Of a stretch of DNA of 58,306 nt, positions 17,480 through 26,677 are shown one piece after another (position 1 is the stretch's first letter; every line of letters begins with the position of its first letter). The position numbers and the translations under genes were made by a program. The notes under the pieces are model-generated. The model was not told the origin of the DNA. It saw only the letters and a list, made by a program, of their open reading frames with translations, and made no database searches. This DNA is from Candidatus Eiseniibacteriota bacterium (GTDB lineage Bacteria > Eisenbacteria > RBG-16-71-46): assembly GCA_035691845.1 (NCBI GenBank), contig DASSIN010000161.1, positions 1 through 58,306 on the forward strand, in the 5' to 3' direction.

Positions 17480-20059
17480 TCACCGCAGCACCACGATCGG
17501 CCGCGTGATCGCTTGCGCTCCCGCCGCGAGCCGCGCCAGGTAGACGCCGGGCGCGACCGGCCGGCCGAGATCGTCGGCCAGATCCCACGCCAGCGCGTAG
17601 CGGCCGGCGGCGTACGGCGCGGCCGCCAGCGTGCGCACGCGGCGGCCCTGCACGTCGAGCACGTCGAGCGCCACGCGCGCGGCGCGCGGCAGATCGAACG
17701 CCAGCCGCGCCAGCCCCCGCGCCGGGTTGGGCGAGGGGCGATCGAACGCCAGGCGCGCCGCGGGCGGCGCGCCCGGCACGGCGGTCGGCACCGGCTGCAC
17801 GGCGGGATCGAACACCAGCACGCGCAGCGAGTCCAGGTTCATGCCGTCCAGGTCGAGGCCGGAATCGGAGCGCGAGCGCAGCCGGATGCGGATCTTCGTG
17901 CGGCCCGGGCCCGCGAACGGCGACAGGTCCACCCGGTCCGCGCTCCACAGCCAGCGGCCGCCGGTCCATTCGGGCACGCCGTTCGGGATCGAGTTCCCGG
18001 ACTGCGTGCCCACCGCGCTCGCGCGCGCCGGAAGCGGCGTCCACGTCACCGAATCGGGGCTGGCCTCGAACACCGCGCCATCGTAGAACTGCTCCAGGTT
18101 GAAGCGGTCGTCGAGCAGCGCCCAGGCGTGCACGCCGTGCGACAGATCGAGCGGGGCGCTCGCGATCAGCGCGGCGCTCATGTTGGTGGGATAGATGCCC
18201 GCCGGGCTGTCCGAGGCGTAGCGGCTCGGGTGGCGCGGATCGTTCTGCACGATTCCGTAGCCGCCGGAGGCGCTCCACGCGCCGAGCGTGTTGAACGGCT
18301 CGATCCGCAGCGTGGTGGGCGTGCCGAGCAGCACTTCGACCGTGTCGCGCGCGAAGCATTCGCCGGCCCCCGAGAACTCCAGCGCGAACCGCACCAGCCG
18401 GCCCGGCGTCACCGTGTCGGAGCACGACACCGCGAACGTGGCGCCGCCGATGGCGTCGGCGCTGGTGCGGCTCGCCATCGCGGGATAGCTGACCGTGGCC
18501 GTGTCCACGAACACGCCCGCATCCAGCGGGGACAGCGTGGCGGTGAGCGGCGCGGGCGTGGCGGCCAGGCCCAGGTTGCGCGCGCGCACCGACAGGTGCG
18601 CGCGGAAGCCGGCGTCGAGCGCGCCCTCCACGATCGCCGAGCGCTCGACCCGCGGGTAGGGGCCGGCGATCGCGGCCACGAACCACGCCTTGCGCAGGTT
18701 GTCCTCGGCCAGCGGCACGATGCGCGAGGGCGCGGGCCAGAACCCGTCGTCCGCGGTGCCGATCTCGGGCGTCCACGTGAACCCGCGCGGCTTGGCGAGC
18801 GTGTCGCCGTACACCCAGTCGTTGAACTCGCCGTTCACGCGGTACAGCACGCGCGAGGAGTTGCCGCTGGAGTAGCCGCTGCCGATCGTGGCCGCGTCGT
18901 TCCATTCGTAGAACGCCTGCGAATCGGGCGCGGCCGCCGCCTGGTAGCCCCATGGGTGCAGGAACAGATCGCTGTAGGTGTGGTACGCGAGCCCGGTCCT
19001 GGGCTGCAGCCGGACGACGACGTCGCGTTGCGCCTGTGTCTCCGGCTCCGACACCGGGGCCGGGCCGCGATAGTCTTCGGTCGAGCTGTCCGGCTCCGAG
19101 CCGATGTCGTCGAGCCCCCACATGAAGCTGAAGTTGCGGTTGATGTCCACGCCGTCGAAACCGTAGTCCACGATGCCGTTGCCGTTGACGTCGCGCACGT
19201 TCTTGCGGTGGAATCCGCCGCCCGCCGGATGCGTGATGCGGTTCAGCTCGTAGCCATCCGGGTTCACCACCGGCACGATGTACAGCCGGCGCGTGTCGAG
19301 CAGCGAGGTGGCGAACGGATCGCTGCCGTACTTCGACAGGATGTCGTGCACGAAGTAGAGCAGCGCCTGCATCCCCTCCGGCTCGCGCGCGTGGGTCAAG
19401 GCGCTGTAGAACACGACCGGCCGCGGATCGGGGCCGGTCACGCGCCGCCCCAGCGCGAGCCCCCAGATCGGCCGGCCCTGCAGCGTGTAGCCCAGCGTGT
19501 CGAGCTGGTCGGCGACGATGTCGTGCGTGTCGGCGGCCACCAGCGAATCGAGCTCCATCTTCACTTCGTCGAGCGTCCAGTAGCCGCCCATGCTGCCGGA
19601 GCCGAACGGCGGCAGGCTCTGCGCGCGGAACGCGCCGTCCGGAGCGGTCGCGCTGATCACGCGCGCGGGCATGGCACGCGGTCGGGCGGCCAGCTCGCGC
19701 GCGGCGCGCGCGGCCGCGGAGCGCGCCGGGTCGGGATCGAGCACCTCGGTCGCGGCGCCGAGCGCGGCCAGCTTCGCCGCGTCGCCCGGCCACTCCAGCA
19801 CGTCCGCCCACGCGCCGCCGCGCACGCCCACCACGTCGAGCCCGGCCGCGAGCACGCGATCGAGCGTGAGCGCCGCCGTCAGCCGGACGCGCACGAGCTG
19901 CGGCTCCGAGACCGCGATCGCCGCGTTGCGCCACGCGATCGCGGACGCCGGAACCACGGCGCCTGCGCCCGGGGCCGGACCCAGGGCGAGCGCCAGCGCG
20001 AACGCCGCGCCCGCCCGGCAGGCGGGCCGCGGCGCCGGGGCCGGGCGGGGGAGCGTCAT
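17480..20059 (-). CDS. M14 zinc carboxypeptidase with Ig-like/jelly-roll accessory domains and FlgD/T9SS-like CTD
   Basis: HAREPE (H-x2-E), VNPDGY, RKN, GVDINRNF, YHTYS, PEIG; CTD PSPNPARG...WDLADDLGRPVAPGVYLARL. Confidence 0.92.
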   Translation of the reverse strand: MTLPRPAPAPRPACRAGAAFALALALGPAPGAGAVVPASAIAWRNAAIAVSEPQLVRVRLTAALTLDRVLAAGLDVVGVRGGAWADVLEWPGDAAKLAALGAATEVLDPDPARSAAARAARELAARPRAMPARVISATAPDGAFRAQSLPPFGSGSMGGYWTLDEVKMELDSLVAADTHDIVADQLDTLGYTLQGRPIWGLALGRRVTGPDPRPVVFYSALTHAREPEGMQALLYFVHDILSKYGSDPFATSLLDTRRLYIVPVVNPDGYELNRITHPAGGGFHRKNVRDVNGNGIVDYGFDGVDINRNFSFMWGLDDIGSEPDSSTEDYRGPAPVSEPETQAQRDVVVRLQPRTGLAYHTYSDLFLHPWGYQAAAAPDSQAFYEWNDAATIGSGYSSGNSSRVLYRVNGEFNDWVYGDTLAKPRGFTWTPEIGTADDGFWPAPSRIVPLAEDNLRKAWFVAAIAGPYPRVERSAIVEGALDAGFRAHLSVRARNLGLAATPAPLTATLSPLDAGVFVDTATVSYPAMASRTSADAIGGATFAVSCSDTVTPGRLVRFALEFSGAGECFARDTVEVLLGTPTTLRIEPFNTLGAWSASGGYGIVQNDPRHPSRYASDSPAGIYPTNMSAALIASAPLDLSHGVHAWALLDDRFNLEQFYDGAVFEASPDSVTWTPLPARASAVGTQSGNSIPNGVPEWTGGRWLWSADRVDLSPFAGPGRTKIRIRLRSRSDSGLDLDGMNLDSLRVLVFDPAVQPVPTAVPGAPPAARLAFDRPSPNPARGLARLAFDLPRAARVALDVLDVQGRRVRTLAAAPYAAGRYALAWDLADDLGRPVAPGVYLARLAAGAQAITRPIVVLR

Positions 20060-21244
20060 CTAACGGTTCAGCGTGCGCGCGAGGAACTCGAGCGCCGGGC
20101 GCTGCACCATGGCCGGGTTGAGCGCGTGCGTGCCGTTCGGCACGTACTTGTCCTCGACGGCAACGCCCTGCGCGCGCAGCGCGGCGGCGAGACCGTGCGC
20201 CTGCGCCACCGGAACGTCGGCGTCCTTGTCGCCGTGCGCGATGAACACCGCCGCCTTCACCTTCGCCGCGGCGAGCAGCGGGGCGCGCGCGCGCCACGCC
20301 GCGCTGTCGCTGCCGGCCTCGGCCGCGATCGCCTGGCCGATCGCGCCACGCGCGTCCGCGCGCCACGTCGCCCACGGATCGTAGATCCCCGATTGCGCGA
20401 TCACGCCCGCGACGTCGTGGCGCTGCGCGGCGAGCAGCATTGCGACCGTCGCGCCGCGCGAGATGCCCCATACGATGAGCCGGGCGCGATCGACGCCCGG
20501 TGTCGCGGCCAGCGCGTCCAGCGCGGCGGAGGCCGCCGCCACCGACGCCGGCCCCGCGAAGTCGGCCGGCCCGTCCGAGCCGCCGTAGCCGGGCAGGCTG
20601 ACGAGCACGACGTGGAAGCCATGCGCCGCCAGCGCGCGCGCGACCGACATCAGCCGCCGTGCGTCCGAGCCCTCGCCGTGGATCAGCACCATGCCGCCGC
20701 CGTGGGAGGAGTCGGGCGCCACCCGCACCAGCTCGACCTTGCGGCCGCCCGCGCGCACGAACTCCGACGGATGCGAATCCGAATAGGCGCCGGGCAGCAC
20801 TTCCTCGGTGATCGTGCGCGTCCAGTGGTGGCCCTGCTGGTCGTGCATCAGCAACGTGAAGGTCAGCGTGGCGTGCTCGGTGGCCGCCGGACCGCTGTAC
20901 TGGAAGTAGCCATCCTCGCCTCCGCTCAACGACGGATGCAGCTGCAGCAGGAACGTCAGGTTCGTGCGCGTGGTGGCGGGGCCGTGGATGCGCGCGGCGT
21001 CGTGATCGGCGACGTCGAGGAACAGGCTGTCCAGGTAGAGCCCACGCCCGGTGGGGTTCTGGATGTGCATCGGCACCGACCACTGCAGGTCGTCCGTGGC
21101 GTGCGTCGTCTTGTCGTCGCCGTAGAACGTCGGCGCCTGGTCCGCGGTTTCAGCGGCCGCGACGCGGGCGGGGTGCAGCAGGGCGGCGGCGAGGGCGAGG
21201 GGCAGGAGCCAGGGCAGCCGATCGGTCACGGGAGCCTCGAACAT
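20060..21244 (-). CDS. Secreted alpha/beta hydrolase (S9-like) with unannotated N-terminal domain; start 21244 or 21229
   Basis: Signal peptide; GISRG nucleophile elbow, HGDKD, THAL triad motifs; stop abuts the ATG of the M14 gene. Confidence 0.85.
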   Translation of the reverse strand: MFEAPVTDRLPWLLPLALAAALLHPARVAAAETADQAPTFYGDDKTTHATDDLQWSVPMHIQNPTGRGLYLDSLFLDVADHDAARIHGPATTRTNLTFLLQLHPSLSGGEDGYFQYSGPAATEHATLTFTLLMHDQQGHHWTRTITEEVLPGAYSDSHPSEFVRAGGRKVELVRVAPDSSHGGGMVLIHGEGSDARRLMSVARALAAHGFHVVLVSLPGYGGSDGPADFAGPASVAAASAALDALAATPGVDRARLIVWGISRGATVAMLLAAQRHDVAGVIAQSGIYDPWATWRADARGAIGQAIAAEAGSDSAAWRARAPLLAAAKVKAAVFIAHGDKDADVPVAQAHGLAAALRAQGVAVEDKYVPNGTHALNPAMVQRPALEFLARTLNR

Positions 21245-21272
21245 TGGGGGGACGGGAGCGTGCGGACCGAGA

Positions 21273-21292
21273 ATTCTAGCATGCGCTAGCAT
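21273..21292. promoter_or_regulatory. Back-to-back -10 boxes of divergent genes
   Basis: TAGAAT on - strand (21273-21278) and TAGCAT on + strand (21287-21292) in a 57-nt divergent gap. Confidence 0.45.
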
Positions 21293-21301
21293 GGAGCCGG
21301 C

Positions 21302-22060
21302 ATGAACCAGCCCCCCGCATCCGCGCTCCCGCGCGCCGCCGGTCCCGCGGCTGCGGCCGGTCCGCCTGCGCCCGCCGCCTCGGTGGCGTGGCTGTTCGAC
21401 GTGGACGGCACGCTGCTGCTGACGGGCGGCGCCTCGCGCGAGGCATTCGCGGCCGCGCTCGCCGAGCGCTGCGGCATCGCGGACGATCTCGCCACGATCG
21501 CGTTCGCCGGCCGCACCGAGCCCCTGATCCTGGCCGACGTGCTCGCGCGCCACGGGCTCGTGTTCGACGCCGAGGAGGAGGCGCGCTTCTGGCAGGCGGT
21601 GTTCGCCCACATGCGCCGGCTGCTCGTGCCCGGGCGCGGCGGGCTGCTGCCGGGCGTGACCGAGCTGCTGCGGACGGTGGCCGCCGAGCCACGCTGGGCG
21701 GCCGGGCTGCTGACCGGCAACATGAGCGAGATGGCGCGCATCAAGCTCGGGCACTATTCGCTGGCCGGCTACTTCGCGTTCGGCGCATTCGGCGAGCAGG
21801 CGCCCGATCGCGATGCGCTGGCGTGCGGGGCCGTGGCGCGCATCGAGCGCACGCTCGGCGTGCCGGCCGCGCGCTGCGTGGTGGTGGGCGACACCGAGCA
21901 CGACGTGGCGTGCGCACGCGCCGCGGGCGCGCGCGTGGTGGCGGTGGCGAGCGGCGGCGTGCCGCGCGAGCGGCTGGCGCGCTCCGCGCCCGATCTGCTG
22001 CTCGACAGCCTGGAGCAGCGCGACACGCTGCTCGCCTGGGTGCGCGCGCTGGAAGGCTGA
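21302..22060 (+). CDS. HAD-superfamily hydrolase (phosphoglycolate-phosphatase-like)
   Basis: LFDVDGTLL (motif I), LLTGN (II), VVVGDTEHDVACA (IV). Confidence 0.9.
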   Translation: MNQPPASALPRAAGPAAAAGPPAPAASVAWLFDVDGTLLLTGGASREAFAAALAERCGIADDLATIAFAGRTEPLILADVLARHGLVFDAEEEARFWQAVFAHMRRLLVPGRGGLLPGVTELLRTVAAEPRWAAGLLTGNMSEMARIKLGHYSLAGYFAFGAFGEQAPDRDALACGAVARIERTLGVPAARCVVVGDTEHDVACARAAGARVVAVASGGVPRERLARSAPDLLLDSLEQRDTLLAWVRALEG

Positions 22061-22088
22061 TCGCGCCGGCGTGGCGCCGGCGCGCGCG

Positions 22089-22718
22089 TCAGCCGCGCTC
22101 GAATCCGCCGTTCTCCTCGGCGCGCGCGGCTTCGGCCAGGAACGCCAGCGCCTCGTCCAGGTTGGTGGCCACCGCCGCACCGGGAAACTCGCGTCGCAGC
22201 GCCTCGACCGGCCGATAGAGCACCGGGAAGTCGCACGACCGCAGGATCGACAGATCGTTCAGGCTGTCGCCCATCGCCGCCACCGGGAACCCGGCCGCGT
22301 GGAAGCCGGACACGATGCGCTCCTTCTGGCCGCGGATCCGCAGCTTGAAGCCGCGCAGCATGCGCTGTTCATCCAGCTCGAACCGGTTGGCGAACAGGCT
22401 GTGGCCGCCGAGCTTCCGCGCCAGCGGCTCCGAGAACTCGTGGAACGTGTCCGAGATGATGACCACCTGCCCCAGCGAACGCAGGCGCGACAGGAACTCG
22501 GTGGCGCCGAGGTAGGGCTCGACCGCGTGCGCAACGGCCTGCAGGTCGGCGAGCCGCAGGCCGCCGCGCCGCGTGGCTTCCACCCGACGCCGCATCAGCT
22601 CGCCGAAGTCCGCCACGTCACGCGTGGTCAGCCCCAGCTCCGGCAAGTCGAAGCGGCTCCCCAGGATGGGCCAGATCTCCGGCGCCAGCACGCCTTCCAG
22701 GTCGATCGCGTAGAGCAC
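22089..22718 (-). CDS. thrH: Phosphoserine phosphatase / homoserine phosphotransferase ThrH
   Basis: DLEGVLAPEIW, TTRDVADF, IISDTFHEFSEPL, AMGDSLND match the ThrH pattern. Confidence 0.88.
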   Translation of the reverse strand: MLYAIDLEGVLAPEIWPILGSRFDLPELGLTTRDVADFGELMRRRVEATRRGGLRLADLQAVAHAVEPYLGATEFLSRLRSLGQVVIISDTFHEFSEPLARKLGGHSLFANRFELDEQRMLRGFKLRIRGQKERIVSGFHAAGFPVAAMGDSLNDLSILRSCDFPVLYRPVEALRREFPGAAVATNLDEALAFLAEAARAEENGGFERG

Positions 22719-22782
22719 GAGAACGTCGAGTCTAGCACGTGGCCGGAGTCGTCAGCCCGTGGCCATTCCGAACTTCATTAAG

Positions 22783-22811
22783 TTGCAGACCAGATCAGCC
22801 GAAAATATACT
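22783..22811 (+). promoter_or_regulatory. Sigma70 promoter giving a probably leaderless lrp mRNA
   Basis: TTGCAG (22783-22788), 17-nt spacer, TATACT (22806-22811); ATG begins 7 nt later at 22818 with no SD. Confidence 0.7.
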
Positions 22812-22817
22812 AGTCAT

Positions 22818-23315
22818 ATGCCACTTTCAGCGAACGCCGATCGGATCGTTGACCAGACCGACCGCCGCATCCTCGCCCTCGTCCAGCGCGACGCCAAGCT
22901 GCCGCAGGCCGAGGTGGCGAAGCGGGTCGGGCTGTCCACGGCGGCGGTCAACGAGCGGCTGAAGAAGCTGGAGCGGGCCCAGGTGATCCGCGGCTACGTG
23001 GCGCGCGTGGACGCGCGCGCCGTGGGGGCGCCGATCACCGCGTTCGTCGAGGTGTTCGTCGAGCATCCGCGCTACGAGGCGGCGTTCCTCGAGCGGCTGA
23101 TGGGCCTGGACGAAGTGCAGGAGTGTCATCACATCACGGGCGAGTTCTCGCTGCTGCTCAAGGTGCGCGTGCGCGACATCGACGCGCTGCAGCACCTGCT
23201 GCTCGAGCAGCTCGGCACCACCGAGGGCGTGCGCCAGACGAAGACCGTGATGGTGCTCTCCACCGTCAAGGAGGAGAGCTTCGTTCCGACCGGAGCCGGA
23301 CGCGAACCGGCGTGA
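22818..23315 (+). CDS. Lrp/AsnC family transcriptional regulator
   Basis: DQTDRRILALVQRDAKL...LS..AVNERLKKLE HTH; ECHHITGEFSLLLKV RAM domain. Confidence 0.93.
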   Translation: MPLSANADRIVDQTDRRILALVQRDAKLPQAEVAKRVGLSTAAVNERLKKLERAQVIRGYVARVDARAVGAPITAFVEVFVEHPRYEAAFLERLMGLDEVQECHHITGEFSLLLKVRVRDIDALQHLLLEQLGTTEGVRQTKTVMVLSTVKEESFVPTGAGREPA

Positions 23316-23351
23316 GCCGCGCGCGTCACGCCGCGCGCACCAGGAGACACC

Positions 23352-24701
23352 ATGAACCCCATCACGACTCCGGCCCGACGGATCACACCCGATCAGGTGC
23401 ACGGCGTGCTCGCCCGCCACATGCTGGCCGACGGCTACGACCTCGTGCTCGACATGGACAAGAGCCGCGGCCGGCGGCTGCACGACGCCAGGACCGGCCG
23501 CAACTGGCTCGACATGTTCTCGTTCTTCGGCACGCTTCCGCTCGGGATCAACCATCCCGGGCTGGCGGATCGCGAGTTCCAGGCGAAGCTGCTGCGCGCG
23601 GCGCTGGTCAATCCCGCCAACTCCGACGTGTACACGGTCGAGATGGCGGAGTTCGTCGAGACGTTCGCGCGCATCGCCATGCCCGCCCATCTGCCGCACG
23701 TGTTCTTCATCGCCGGCGGCACGCTGGGCGTTGAGAACGCGCTCAAGGCGGCGTTCGACTGGAAGGTGCGCCGCAACTTCGCGCGCGGCGTCAAGACCGA
23801 GCGCGGCCACCAGGTGATCCACTTCCGCGAGTCGTTCCACGGCCGTTCGGGCTACACGCTGTCGCTCACCAACACCGCCGACCCGCGCAAGTACGAGTAC
23901 TTTCCGAAATTCGACTGGCCGCGCGTGTCGAATCCCAAGCTGCGCTTCCCGGTGGACGACGCCGAGCGCGAGCGCGTGGCCGCGGCCGAGCGCGCCGCGC
24001 TGGCCGAGATCGAGCGCGCGTTCGAGCAGCGCGGCGACGACATCGCATGCGTCCTGATCGAGCCGATCCAGGCCGAGGGCGGCGACAACCACTTCCGCCC
24101 CGAGTTCCTGCGCGCGCTGCGCGACGCCGCCCACGCGCACGAGGCGCTGCTGGTGTTCGACGAGGTGCAGACCGGCATCGGGCTCACCGGCCGGATGTGG
24201 GCGCACCAGTGGGACGACGTGCGGCCCGACCTGATGGCGTTCGGCAAGAAGGCGCAGGTGTGCGGGTTCATGGGCGGCGGCAAGCTGGACGAGGAGCCGG
24301 ACAACGTGTTCCGCGTGTCGAGCCGCATCAACTCGACGTGGGGCGGCAGCCTCACCGACATGGTGCGCATCGCGCGCATCCTCGAGATCATCGAGTCCGA
24401 TCGGCTGGTGGAGCACGCCGCCACCGCGGGCGAACATCTGCGGCGGGGGCTGCAGGGCCTGGCGGGCGAGCGCCCGGAGGTGTTCTCGAACGCGCGCGGC
24501 CGCGGGCTGATGTGCGCGGTCGACCTGCCCGACGGCGCGGCCCGCGACGCCGCGGTCGAGCGCTGCTTCGAGCTCGGCATGCTGATCCTGCCGTGCGGCA
24601 CCCGCAGCATCCGCTTCCGCCCGCCGCTCGACGTCGAGTTGGGCGAGCTGGACGAGGGGCTGGGCATCTTGAAGCGCGCCGCCGAGCCGGCGCGCGGCTG
24701 A
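23352..24701 (+). CDS. lat: L-lysine 6-aminotransferase (class III PLP)
   Basis: LDMFSFF, NPANSDVYT, GTLGVENALKAAFDWK, FHGRSGYTLSLTNT, FDEVQTG, FGKKAQVCG, SRINSTWGG; AGGAG RBS. Confidence 0.92.
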   Translation: MNPITTPARRITPDQVHGVLARHMLADGYDLVLDMDKSRGRRLHDARTGRNWLDMFSFFGTLPLGINHPGLADREFQAKLLRAALVNPANSDVYTVEMAEFVETFARIAMPAHLPHVFFIAGGTLGVENALKAAFDWKVRRNFARGVKTERGHQVIHFRESFHGRSGYTLSLTNTADPRKYEYFPKFDWPRVSNPKLRFPVDDAERERVAAAERAALAEIERAFEQRGDDIACVLIEPIQAEGGDNHFRPEFLRALRDAAHAHEALLVFDEVQTGIGLTGRMWAHQWDDVRPDLMAFGKKAQVCGFMGGGKLDEEPDNVFRVSSRINSTWGGSLTDMVRIARILEIIESDRLVEHAATAGEHLRRGLQGLAGERPEVFSNARGRGLMCAVDLPDGAARDAAVERCFELGMLILPCGTRSIRFRPPLDVELGELDEGLGILKRAAEPARG

Positions 24702-24814
24702 CGCGGCGCGAGCCCGACCCGGCGCCGCTGACGCGGCGCGCGGCGGCATCTGCTAGCCTTCCGCATTCCAGGTCCGGCACCCGCCCCGGGGCCGGCGAGC
24801 GCCGTGGAGGCTCC

Positions 24815-25741
24815 ATGCAGACCCGCGCCATCGGTTCGCTGCGCGTTTCCATCGTCGGGATCGGCTGCAACAACTTCGGACGTCGCATCGACGCCGCCGC
24901 CACGGACGAGGTCGTGCACGCCGCGCTCGATGCCGGCATCAACTTCTTCGACACCGCCGACATCTACGGCGACGGCCACAGCGAGGAGTTCCTCGGCCAC
25001 GCGCTCGGCGCGCGGCGGAGCGAGGCCCTGATCGCCACCAAGTTCGGCTCGGCCTACAGCGGCGGCGCCGGCGGGGCGAAGCCGGACTACATCCGCAACG
25101 CGGTCGAGGACAGCCTGCGCCGGCTCGGCACGGACCGGATCGATCTCTACCAGCTCCACAAGCCCGATCCCGTGACGCCGATCGGCGAAACGCTCGCGGC
25201 GCTGAACGCGCTGGTATCGGCCGGCAAGGTGCGCGAGATCGGCTGCTCCAACTTCTCGGTCGGGCAGCTGCGCGAGGCGCGCGCGGCGGCGGCCCCGGGG
25301 GCGGCGCGGTTCGTGAGCGTGCAGAACGAGTACAGCCTGATCCAGCGCGAGCCCGAACAGGGGGTGCTGGCCGAGTGCGAGCGGGAGGGACTCGCGTTCC
25401 TGCCGTACTTCCCGCTCGCGAGCGGACTGCTGTCGGGCAAGTACCGCAAGGGCGAGCCGGCGCCGCAAGGCACGCGGCTCGCAGGCAGCCCGCGCGCGGG
25501 CGAGATCCTGACCGACCCCCACCTCGACATGGTGGAGGCGCTCGCTGCGTTCGCGCGCGCGCGCGGCCACTCGGTGCTGGAGCTGGCGATCGCGTGGCTG
25601 CTGTCGCGCCGCCCGGTGGCGTCGGTGATCGCCGGCGCCACGAAGCCCGAGCAGGTGCGCGCCAACGCCGCGGCCGCCGCGTGGACGCTGACGCCGGTGG
25701 AGCTCATCGACGTGGACGCGATCCTGCACCAGCACGCGTGA
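24815..25741 (+). CDS. Aldo/keto reductase
   Basis: GIGCNNFG, FFDTADIYG, SEE, IATKFG, SLRRLGTDRIDLYQLH, GKVREIGCSN, QNEYSL, PYFPLASGLL; GGAGG RBS. Confidence 0.93.
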   Translation: MQTRAIGSLRVSIVGIGCNNFGRRIDAAATDEVVHAALDAGINFFDTADIYGDGHSEEFLGHALGARRSEALIATKFGSAYSGGAGGAKPDYIRNAVEDSLRRLGTDRIDLYQLHKPDPVTPIGETLAALNALVSAGKVREIGCSNFSVGQLREARAAAAPGAARFVSVQNEYSLIQREPEQGVLAECEREGLAFLPYFPLASGLLSGKYRKGEPAPQGTRLAGSPRAGEILTDPHLDMVEALAAFARARGHSVLELAIAWLLSRRPVASVIAGATKPEQVRANAAAAAWTLTPVELIDVDAILHQHA

Positions 25742-25776
25742 GCCCGAGGCGGCGCGCCGCCGCGTGCGCGCCGCGC

Positions 25777-26589
25777 TCACTCGCGCGGGAACGGCTGCTC
25801 GACCTCGGATGACGGCGCGGCGGCGCCCAGGTGCTGGAACGTGCCGTTGTTGGCGATCTCGCGCGCCGCGTCCAGGAAGCCGCGCCACGCGCTGCGCGCC
25901 AGCGCCCCGCCCACGCTGATCCGGCGCACGCCGAGCGCGCGCAGCTCGGCGACGGTGGTGAACGGGCCGCCGACCAGCACGTTCACGGCCCTCGGCGCCA
26001 CGGCCGCGACGATGGCCGCGATCTGTTCGCGCGTGCGCACGCCGGGCGCGTACAGGCATTCGGCCCCCGCTTCGGCATAGGCGACGAGCCGGCGCAGCGT
26101 CTCGTCCAGATCCGGGCGGCCGGCGATGAAGCCCTCCGTGCGCGCGGTGAGCAGCACGCCCGTGCCCTCCAGCGCCTCGCGCGCGGCGAGCACCCGCGCC
26201 ACCGCCAGCCCGAACTCGAACAGCGGCTCCGCGGAGTCGCCGGTCGAGTCCTCGATCGACAGTCCGGCCACGCCGGTGGCGGCCGCCAGCCGCACGTTGG
26301 CGGCGACGTGTGCGGGCTCGCGCGCGAAGCCGCCCTCGAAGTCGGCGTTGACGGGGATCGCCACGCTGCCGGCGATCGTCTCCAGATGCGCGAGCACGGC
26401 CTCCAGCGGCACGTGGTTGTCGCGCCGGCCCTGCGACCACGCGAACCCCGAGCTGGTGGTGGCGAGCGCCTGGAACCCGAGCGAGGCCAGATGGCGCGCG
26501 CTGCCCGGATCCCAGGGGTTCGGGATCACGAAGCAGCCCGCGCGGTGCAGCTCGCGGAACGTGGCGCGCTTGCCGGCGGCCGATGGCAT
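25777..26589 (-). CDS. Isocitrate lyase / PEP mutase superfamily protein
   Basis: IPNPWDPGSA, ATTSSG, PVNADFEGG, GLSIEDST, LTARTE, AYAEAGAECLYAPG, RRISVG. Confidence 0.9.
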   Translation of the reverse strand: MPSAAGKRATFRELHRAGCFVIPNPWDPGSARHLASLGFQALATTSSGFAWSQGRRDNHVPLEAVLAHLETIAGSVAIPVNADFEGGFAREPAHVAANVRLAAATGVAGLSIEDSTGDSAEPLFEFGLAVARVLAAREALEGTGVLLTARTEGFIAGRPDLDETLRRLVAYAEAGAECLYAPGVRTREQIAAIVAAVAPRAVNVLVGGPFTTVAELRALGVRRISVGGALARSAWRGFLDAAREIANNGTFQHLGAAAPSSEVEQPFPRE

Positions 26590-26677
26590 GCGCGGGAAGG
26601 CTATGCCCCCGCGGTGCGCGGGGCAACCCGCCGGCGCGTTACGCGCTCCGATCGCGCCCGGGGTATGTTCGCCGGCC

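Noticed and set aside
14675-21289. 2204-aa ORF on + strand, the longest in the track
   Set aside because: Antisense shadow of four well-supported - strand genes; Arg/Ala/Gly-rich translation with no domain motifs. Stop-poor frames are expected at this GC content.
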